DNA of 64,000 nucleotides from an uncultured Acidobacteriota bacterium (GTDB taxonomy: Bacteria > Acidobacteriota > Vicinamibacteria > Vicinamibacterales > SCN-69-37): NCBI GenBank assembly GCA_963730485.1, contig CAVSRY010000009.1, forward strand, positions 9,214 to 73,213. Reading direction: 5' to 3'. Position numbers and translations under genes: made by a program. Position 1 is the stretch's first letter. The number at the start of each line of letters is the position of its first letter. The notes under the pieces are model-generated. The model had not been told where the DNA came from. It did not search any database and saw only the letters and a program-made list of their open reading frames with translations. This document shows positions 57,433 to 64,000 of the stretch, one piece after another.

Positions 57433-58200
57433 TCACCGACCCTCGATGACCCGAGCGCGGTCGCGCAGGGTGCGCACAAGTTCCACCGCAGCCTCTGCCG
57501 GCGTTCCGCCGATCATCTCTGTCTTCTTGGCCCGTTCCGGCACGAACAGACGGACGATGCGCTGGGAGGGCGTGCCGGGCGAGGCGGGGACCGTCCGGAT
57601 GTCCTTCTTCTTCGCGCCCATGATGCCCTTGAGGGTCGCGTAGCGCAGCTGGTTGATGCCGCTCTGGATCGTGAGCACGGCCGGAAGCGGCAGTGTGAGC
57701 CACTGCGACCAGCCGTTCTCCAGCTCCCGCTTGACCCTGAGCGTCGTGCCGCTCACCTCGATAGCCATCACGATCGATGCGTGCGGTGCGCCGAGCCACT
57801 CAGCCAGCATCACGCCGACCTGGCCGGCGCCCTGGTCGTCGGACTGGAGCCCGGTGAGCACGAGATCGGCGGTGTCGTCCCTGAGGGCGGCGGCGAGCGC
57901 GTGTGACGTCGTGTTCGAGTCGGCGGCGGCGAGGTGATCGCCGGCGACGTGGATGGCGCGATCGGCGCCGCGGGCGAGCGCCTCACGAAGGACCTGGGTG
58001 ACACGCGCGGGACCGGCCGAGACCGCCACGACCTCGCCGCCGTGCTGCTCTCGCAGACGCAAGGCCGCCTCGAGCGCATAGGCGTCCGGCTCGTTCAGTT
58101 CCCAGCCGGCTTGCGCCTCATCGATCCACGAACCCGCCCGATCGAGTCTGACCGGCGACTCGCGGGTCACGACCTGTTTCAGGCAGACGGCGATGCGCAC
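57433..58200 (-). CDS. etfB: electron transfer flavoprotein subunit beta
   Basis: In-frame GTG 58200, 255 aa. (M)RIAVCLKQVV...LNEPDAYALEAALRL...VVAVSAGP...LVLTGLQSDDQGAGQVGVMLAEWLG...LRYATLKGIMGAKKK.... Confidence 0.9.
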   Translation of the reverse strand: MRIAVCLKQVVTRESPVRLDRAGSWIDEAQAGWELNEPDAYALEAALRLREQHGGEVVAVSAGPARVTQVLREALARGADRAIHVAGDHLAAADSNTTSHALAAALRDDTADLVLTGLQSDDQGAGQVGVMLAEWLGAPHASIVMAIEVSGTTLRVKRELENGWSQWLTLPLPAVLTIQSGINQLRYATLKGIMGAKKKDIRTVPASPGTPSQRIVRLFVPERAKKTEMIGGTPAEAAVELVRTLRDRARVIEGR

Positions 58201-59438
58201 TACTCGTATCGCTTGAGGACGAGGGTCCCGTTGGTGCCGCCGAAGCCGAACGAGTTCGAGAGGGCGTAGCGAATGGCCAGCGGCCGTTTGGTCTTGGCGG
58301 CGTAGTCCAGATCGCACGCCGGGTCCGGAGCTTCGAGGTTGATCGTTGGCGGCGCGATCTGGTCCCGAACCGCCAGCGCGCAAATGCCGGCCTCGAGCCC
58401 TCCTGCGGCACCGAGCAGATGCCCGGTCATGGATTTGGTCGACGACATGACCAGCTTGTACGCATGATCGCCGAAGACGGTCTTCACCGCGAGCGTCTCG
58501 GTCGGATCGTTGATGGGGGTCGAGGTGCCGTGCGCGTTGATGTAGTCGACATCGGCCGGCGTGATGCCGGCCTTCCGCAGGGCCATGCGCATCGACCGGA
58601 CGGCGCCGTTCGCATCCGGCGGCTGCGCCGTCAGATGATAGGCGTCGCCGGACAGACCGTAGCCGACGACCTCCGCGTAGATCGTCGCGCCGCGTCGGCG
58701 CGCCGTCTCGAGCTCTTCGAGGATGAGCATACCGGCGCCTTCACCCACGACGAAACCGTCACGATCCTTGTCGAACGGACGGCTCGCGTGCGCCGGATCG
58801 TCGTTGCGCGTGGACAGCGCCCGCATGGAGGCGAACCCGCCGACGCCCATTGGTGTAATCGAGGCCTCCGAGCCGCCCGCGATCATCACGTCGGCATCGC
58901 CCCGCCGGATGATCTCGAACGACTCCCCGATGGCATGCGCCGAGGCGGTGCACGCCGTGCACGTCGCGAGGTTCGGACCACGCGCGCCAAACCGGATCGA
59001 CACCTGTCCGGCCGCCAGATTGATGATCGACGCGGGAATGAAGAACGGCGAGATGCGGCGAGGACCGCCGTTGATGAGCTCGAGGTGCTCGCGCTCGATC
59101 GTGCTGAACCCCCCGATGCCAGACGCGATGAAGACGCCGACCGTGTCGGCGTTCTCCGGCGTGATCTCGAGGCGCGCGTCCTTGACCGCGAACTCCGCGG
59201 CCGCCACGGCGAACTGGATGAAGACGTCCATCTTCTTGACGTCTTTCCGGTCGAGGTACTGCAGGGGGTCGAACCCCTTGACCTCACCCGCAATGCGCGC
59301 CGAGAAGTCCTTCGCGTCGAAGTGCGTGATGGGCCCGATGCCGTTTTGGCCGGCAAGAAGGGCCGCCCAGTTCGCCTCGGTTCCGATGCCGACCGAGGAA
59401 AGCAAGCCGACGCCGGTGACGACTACTCGCCTCGTCAA
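58200..59438 (-). CDS. fabF: beta-ketoacyl-ACP synthase II
   Basis: Intact 412 aa. MTRRVVVTGVGLLSSVG...ATCTACTASAHAIG (active-site Cys) ...NAHGTSTPINDP...KSMTGHLLGAAG...SNSFGFGGTNGTLVL. Confidence 0.95.
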   Translation of the reverse strand: MTRRVVVTGVGLLSSVGIGTEANWAALLAGQNGIGPITHFDAKDFSARIAGEVKGFDPLQYLDRKDVKKMDVFIQFAVAAAEFAVKDARLEITPENADTVGVFIASGIGGFSTIEREHLELINGGPRRISPFFIPASIINLAAGQVSIRFGARGPNLATCTACTASAHAIGESFEIIRRGDADVMIAGGSEASITPMGVGGFASMRALSTRNDDPAHASRPFDKDRDGFVVGEGAGMLILEELETARRRGATIYAEVVGYGLSGDAYHLTAQPPDANGAVRSMRMALRKAGITPADVDYINAHGTSTPINDPTETLAVKTVFGDHAYKLVMSSTKSMTGHLLGAAGGLEAGICALAVRDQIAPPTINLEAPDPACDLDYAAKTKRPLAIRYALSNSFGFGGTNGTLVLKRYE

Positions 59439-59444
59439 TGCGGC

Positions 59445-59684
59445 CTACTTCTTCTTGGCGTGGCCCTCGATGTACTCGATGGCTTCCTTCACGCGGGTGA
59501 TCTTCTCGGCATCCTCATCCGGGATCTCGATGCCGAATTCCTCTTCGAAGGCCATGACGAGTTCGACCGTGTCCAAAGAGTCGGCGCCAAGATCGTCGAC
59601 GAACGAGGCATCCGGCGTCACTTCCTCTTCATCGACCCCCAGCTGCTCGACAATGATCTTCTTGACCTGATCCGCAACCGCCAT
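59445..59684 (-). CDS. acpP: acyl carrier protein
   Basis: Intact 79 aa. ...[30 protein letters not shown] (DSLD phosphopantetheine site). Confidence 0.95.
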   Translation of the reverse strand: MAVADQVKKIIVEQLGVDEEEVTPDASFVDDLGADSLDTVELVMAFEEEFGIEIPDEDAEKITRVKEAIEYIEGHAKKK

Positions 59685-59698
59685 TCAGTCCTCCTGCG

Positions 59699-60439
59699 CT
59701 ACATGTACATGCCGCCGTTAACGGCGAGCACGTGTCCCGTAATATACGCTGCCTCGTCGGACGCAAGGAACGCGACCGCCGCGGCGACATCCTCCGGCGT
59801 TCCGAGCCGTTTGAGCGGAATCCGCTCGGCCCAGTCGTCGTGGGTGCTGCCTGCGAGCCCGCGCGTCATGTCCGTGTCGATCAAGCCCGGGGCCACGGCA
59901 TTGACCGTGATATTACGCGACGCGACCTCCAGGGCAAGCGCTTTGGTGAAGCCAATCAAGCCGGCCTTGGACGCCGCGTAGTTGGCCTGACCGGCGTTGC
60001 CGGACTGCCCGACGACCGACGTCACGTTGATCACGCGCCCCGATCGCTGCTTGACCATCGATTTCAGGACCGCCTGGGTGCAGCTGAACGCCGCCGTGAG
60101 GTTCGTCGAGAGCACCGCGTCCCAGTCGTCGCGCTTCATCCGCAGCATCAACTGGTCGCGCGTGATCCCGGCATTGTTCACGAGGATATCGATCCGCTCC
60201 AGGCGCTCCAGGATGCTCGCGATCGCGGCCTGCACGGCCGCCGCGTCGGTCACGTCGAGCGTCATGCACTCGGCACGTCCGCCGTCCTGGACGATCTCGG
60301 CCACGACGGCTGCCGCATGGTCGCCGCGCGCCGCCGCCACGACGATGGCGCCTCGCGCGGCCAGCCCTCGCGCGATCGCCCGGCCGATGCCGCGGGACGC
60401 GCCGGTGACGAGGGCCACGCGGCCCGTCATCGTGGTCAT
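59699..60439 (-). CDS. fabG: 3-oxoacyl-ACP reductase
   Basis: Intact 246 aa. ALVTGASRGIGRAIA...NNAGITRD...NVTSVVG...YAASKAGLIGFTK...VNAVAPGLIDTDMT...GHVLAVNGGMYM. Confidence 0.9.
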   Translation of the reverse strand: MTTMTGRVALVTGASRGIGRAIARGLAARGAIVVAAARGDHAAAVVAEIVQDGGRAECMTLDVTDAAAVQAAIASILERLERIDILVNNAGITRDQLMLRMKRDDWDAVLSTNLTAAFSCTQAVLKSMVKQRSGRVINVTSVVGQSGNAGQANYAASKAGLIGFTKALALEVASRNITVNAVAPGLIDTDMTRGLAGSTHDDWAERIPLKRLGTPEDVAAAVAFLASDEAAYITGHVLAVNGGMYM

Positions 60440-60470
60440 GACAACCTGACTACTTCAGCACACTTCGCGG

Positions 60471-61472
60471 TCAGAGGCCAACTCCAAGCGCGTCCGTCAC
60501 ACGCTCGACGACGCGCCCCTCGACGAGCCTGACGGCCATCGCGATGCCGCTCTCGACCGCCCGCGCCGACGATCGGCCGTGGCCAACCAGCGTCAGACCG
60601 CGCACGCCGAGCAGCAGGCCCGCGCCATACTCGGCGTAGTCCACGCGCTGGCGGAACCGTTCGAACGCGCGGCGTGACAGGAGTGCGCCGATCTGCGAGA
60701 CGAGCGCGCCGCCAAGCTCCTCACGGAGCATTTCCGTCAGCGCCTCGACGAGCCCCTCACCAACCTTCAGCGCGACGTTGCCGGTGAAGCCGTCGCACAC
60801 GATCACGTCGGCGCGGCCCGTGAACAGCTCGCGCGCCTCGATGTTCCCGATGAAATTCAGGTCCGCCTTCCGCAGCCGCGCGTGCGTCTCTCGAATGAGG
60901 TCGTTGCCTTTTTCGGCCTCTTCGCCAATCGACAGCAACCCGACACGGGGCCGCTCGAGCAACAGCGACGCCGCCGCGTAGGCCGATCCCATCGTCGCGA
61001 ACTGGACGAGATGGTCGGGGCGGCACTCGAGGTTGGCGCCGGCGTCGAGCAGGACCGCGGCGCCGGCGAGCGTCGGCATGGTGACGGCGAGCGCGGGGCG
61101 ATCGACGCCCGACACGACGCCGAACGCCGCGTGGGCGGCCAGCACGGTCGCCCCCGAGTGGCCGGCGCTGAACATCGCGGCGGCGTCACCAGCGGCGACT
61201 GCGTCGACGGCAACGCGAATGGACGACCGGCGCTTTCGCCGCAGGGCAGGCAGCGGCGACTCGTGCATGGCCACGACGTCCGGCGCGTCGAGCACGCGAA
61301 TGGAGGCGCGGGCCGCCGGATCGTACCGCGCGAGCTCGGCATCGAGAATCGCTTCCGGGCCGACGAGCAAGACACCAATGCTCGCACGCGCCGCCGCCAG
61401 CACGGCCCCTTCGACGGCCGCGCCGGGAGCCCGATCCCCGCCCATCGCGTCAACGGCGATGACAGTGGACAT
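60471..61472 (-). CDS. plsX: phosphate acyltransferase PlsX
   Basis: Intact 333 aa. VIAVDAMGGDRAPGAAVEGA...GLLSIGEEAEKGNDL...FIGNIEARELFTGRADVIVCDGFTGNVALK...GAGLLLGVRGLTLVGHGRSS. Confidence 0.9.
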   Translation of the reverse strand: MSTVIAVDAMGGDRAPGAAVEGAVLAAARASIGVLLVGPEAILDAELARYDPAARASIRVLDAPDVVAMHESPLPALRRKRRSSIRVAVDAVAAGDAAAMFSAGHSGATVLAAHAAFGVVSGVDRPALAVTMPTLAGAAVLLDAGANLECRPDHLVQFATMGSAYAAASLLLERPRVGLLSIGEEAEKGNDLIRETHARLRKADLNFIGNIEARELFTGRADVIVCDGFTGNVALKVGEGLVEALTEMLREELGGALVSQIGALLSRRAFERFRQRVDYAEYGAGLLLGVRGLTLVGHGRSSARAVESGIAMAVRLVEGRVVERVTDALGVGL

Positions 61473-61486
61473 GGGTGGACATGGGA

Positions 61487-61605
61487 CAAGTTAGAAGTTA
61501 GAAGCCAGAAGTCAGAAGTGACTGACGGCCTTCGGCCGTGCATGTCTTCTCGGAACCGCAAGTGGCCAGTAGCTTCTGACTTCTAACTTCTAACTTCGAA
61601 CTTGT
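61487..61605. repeat. heptad-repeat hairpin, word AGAAGTN / NACTTCT, with an internal GGCC-TTCG-GGCC mini-hairpin
   Basis: Left arm: caagtt agaagtt agaagcc agaagtc agaagtg actg. The centre contains acggccttcggccgt. Right arm: cagtagc ttctgac ttctaac ttctaac ttcgaac ttg. It fills the rpmF-plsX spacer. Confidence 0.9.
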
Positions 61606-61611
61606 CGGAGC

Positions 61612-61794
61612 CTATTCTTCTTCGACCGCCCTGACCTGCCGGCCGCGGTAATACCCGCAGTTCTTGCAGACGATGTGCGGCAGCTTGAGCTCGTGACACT
61701 GTGGGCACTCACTCGTGCCGATGGGCTTGAGCGCATCGTGCGTGCGGCGCTTGGCGGTGCGTGTCTTGGAATGGCGACGTTTAGGATTAGGCAT
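61612..61794 (-). CDS. rpmF: 50S ribosomal protein L32
   Basis: Intact 60 aa. [23 protein letters not shown]...[20 protein letters not shown]. Confidence 0.95.
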   Translation of the reverse strand: MPNPKRRHSKTRTAKRRTHDALKPIGTSECPQCHELKLPHIVCKNCGYYRGRQVRAVEEE

Positions 61795-61815
61795 CGGAAA
61801 TCTTCGTCCTGAAAT

Positions 61816-62340
61816 CTACTGTCTGCCGGTCAACCGCTTCAACGCGTCCAGACGCGGGTCCGTCCACTCCGTCTGACACGTGCACGTCTCGCGGTTGCGA
61901 TTGATTCCGCAGACCGGACACAACCCCTTGCAATCCGGCCGGCACAGCGGCTTCATCGGCAGCGCCAGGTAGAACTGCTCGCGCATCAGCTCGGCGAGAT
62001 CGAGCGTTTCGTCCTTGTAGAACGACACGCCGAGATCCTCATCGGCGACTTCCTGTTCGCCCGCGCCCGCATTCGCGACCGCCGGCAGGAACAGGGCATC
62101 GAACGCCGCGTCGAGCGGGATATCGAACGGCTCGAGGCACCGGCTGCAATCCAGCTGCAGCGTCGTCGCCACCCGCCCGGTCACCCGCACCTTCGTGGCG
62201 TCCTTGTGAATCTCCACGTCGAGATCCACCGGCGCCCCGAGGCGAAACTCTTCCTCGACCGGGAACTCGGACGGCTCGAAACGCCGCGTCAGCCGGTCTG
62301 TGCCAGTACGGAGCCGGCTGACATCGTAAAGCATGCTCAT
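61816..62340 (-). CDS. yceD: YceD/DUF177 family protein (23S rRNA accumulation protein)
   Basis: Intact 174 aa. ...LDCSRCLEPFDIPLDAAFD...PLCRPDCKGLCPVCGINRNRETCTC.... It occupies the conserved position upstream of rpmF. Confidence 0.8.
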   Translation of the reverse strand: MSMLYDVSRLRTGTDRLTRRFEPSEFPVEEEFRLGAPVDLDVEIHKDATKVRVTGRVATTLQLDCSRCLEPFDIPLDAAFDALFLPAVANAGAGEQEVADEDLGVSFYKDETLDLAELMREQFYLALPMKPLCRPDCKGLCPVCGINRNRETCTCQTEWTDPRLDALKRLTGRQ

Positions 62341-62439
62341 GGTGCCGAACCCGACAGGCCGGGCAAACCGTCATCTTACCATCCCCTGAAGAACGGCGAT
62401 GGCTGAAATCGCCCCGGTTTCAGGCCCTGGCCAGGCCGT

Positions 62440-63933
62440 TCAGGGCCGGCGCCGGTAGACGTGCACCGGGGCAGAAAACCCGTCCAGCTCGTCGTAGGCC
62501 GTTCCGTCAAGCTCGAGGGTCCTGCCTGACAGCCTGACGGCCTCCTGATGGATGAGGCTGCCTCCATCCAACCGGACGACATAGCCAGGCCGCTCACGTT
62601 CAACGCGGGAGAGGTCGGCCGGCTGGCGAATGCGTATCGCCTGCTCCTCGAGCAGCCCGCTATAGAAGACCAGCGGCAGGTCCAGGAAGGTCTTCTCGTC
62701 GGTATCCACAACGAGGCCGTTCGCGCCTGGGACGACCGTCGAACGCACGAATGCGGCGGCAGACATCACGGCTCGACGATTGGTCGACGCCGGACTGATC
62801 GGTCGGATGACGTTCGGAACGAGGCCATCGTGTCTGAAGGTGACCCAGCCGATCGACGACCGGGACTCCCAGCGCGAGAACAGCCGCGGCCCGAGCGAGC
62901 GAACGCGCTCGCACTACTCCCCCACCACCGGGTTGCCACACGGTGGCCGTCCCACACGAAGACGAGCATCAACGCGAGCGAGACGGCCATGAAGCGCGTC
63001 AACGGAACGAAATCGCCGAAGATCGTGGTTCGAACGGCGTAGTACAGGATGGGCGCTGAGAGCATCACGATGACCCAGCGAACAGTCCGGCGCTCGCGCC
63101 AGACGGCCACGATACCCACGAAGCTGAACGCCGCCACGCCCGGTGTCAGTGTCACCAACGCCATCACCGGCCAGAACCCGATGCCTTGCGCTCGAAGCCA
63201 CAGCTCGCGCCAGAACCCGCCGTAGGTTGCCGCCCAGCGGCTGTGTTCGCCGTTGATGTAGTCAAACGGAAACGTCGGGTCGCCATGCATTTGGTAGTTG
63301 CCGATCATCCACATGACCGGAAACAACAGACACGCCGCGACGAAGCCGCCGAGCTGACGCCGGCTCAGCGAAGTATGCGAGCCGATCAGGAGCACAGCGG
63401 CCGCGAGGACGGGTGGATACATCCATGCGTCGTAGCGGACGGCTTCGGCGAGGTTGAGCCAGACGGCGGCCCACACGAGACCGCGCGAGCGGCCGGTCTC
63501 CAGCGCGGAAGCGAACGCAGATAGGGCCGAAAGCATCAGAAAGATGGCGACCGATTCGCTGGCGGCCGTCGTCGAGAACTGGATGATGAAGCCCCCAGAC
63601 CGCAAGGCCCAGGCACGCGACGACACCCGCCTGCCATCCGGCGAGGCGACGAGCCAGCCGGTAGAGCGGCACGACGGTCAGCACGCCACAGAGCAGACTG
63701 ACGATCCGGCCGGCGATTTCGCGGTCGGCGAACGCCGTGGCCAGTCCGACCAGGTAGAGGTGCAGCGGCCCGTACTGGCCTGCGCCGTCGCCGAAGGCCG
63801 TGATCAGATGCGGATTCGCCATCCAGCGCTCACCCATTTCGGTGCGCGAGATGGCGTCCCCGTAGAGATTTTCGTTGAACGGCAGGAGGCGCAGGCGCGG
63901 AAGCGCGACCACGGCCATCATGCCGGCGGTCAC
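62440..63933 (-). CDS. multi-TM glycosyltransferase, GT39/ArnT (PMT_2)-like (at least 2 frame breaks)
   Basis: The N-terminal loop reads ...NENLYGDAISRTEMGERW...GPLHLYLVGL.... Many TM segments follow (ORFs 63262-63933 and 62766-63626). The soluble C-terminal part continues in-frame upstream of ORF 62440-62769 (...WVTFRHDGLVPNVIRP...). The family call is tentative. Confidence 0.5.
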
Positions 63934-64000
63934 TATCCAGGCGCGTGGCTCGCGGGCAGGGGTGTTCAGGGACTACACGCTCCAGGATCGCGGGACGAAC

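Overview
GC-rich bacterial chromosomal segment. Protein signatures suggest an Acidobacteriota-like organism: a VWFA-related acidobacterial-type protein, Hanks kinases fused to TolB-N-like/TPR or PEGA modules, and BshC. The window is almost wall-to-wall housekeeping genes: glgC, cysS, ribF, mazG, comEC, arfB, carAB, bshC, a class A PBP, hrcA-grpE-dnaJ with a CIRCE operator, prmA, rsmE, ilvE, recX, alaS, rpsT, holA-lptE-leuS, ETF-QO, etfBA, and fabF-acpP-fabG-plsX-rpmF-yceD. I found no rRNA, tRNA, CRISPR array, IS element, integrase, prophage or recognisable defence system. Two features dominate. (1) As given, the sequence carries several dozen reading-frame breaks in obviously essential single-copy genes (carB, alaS, leuS, cysS, dnaJ and others). 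The two I could resolve to the base are indels in short G/C runs, and the breaks are very unevenly distributed: there are none between about 53.1 and 62.4 kb. I read them as sequencing or assembly indels, not pseudogenes, so CDS coordinates are reconstructions across ORF-track fragments. (2) The most unusual biology is non-coding. Many intercistronic spacers are completely filled by long hairpins whose arms are degenerate heptanucleotide tandem arrays. Different loci use different words (GGGTCTT, GGTTCCA, TTGNTAT/CAATAGC, AGAAGTN, GATTGNN). One CAATAGC-type inverted repeat pair (33/38 by hand) encloses a four-helix-bundle, 23S-rRNA-IVS-protein-family ORF, and an ORF-less homologous hairpin fills the dnaJ-prmA spacer. 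A second small palindrome family (GAAACCGGGTTTC) has three copies. Other points: a catalytically dead Hanks pseudokinase linked to PEGA domains, a fabF stop codon overlapping the etfB start codon, and a B3 metallo-beta-lactamase overlapping an ICMT-family methyltransferase gene. All calls come from reading the sequence and the ORF track by eye; no searches were run.
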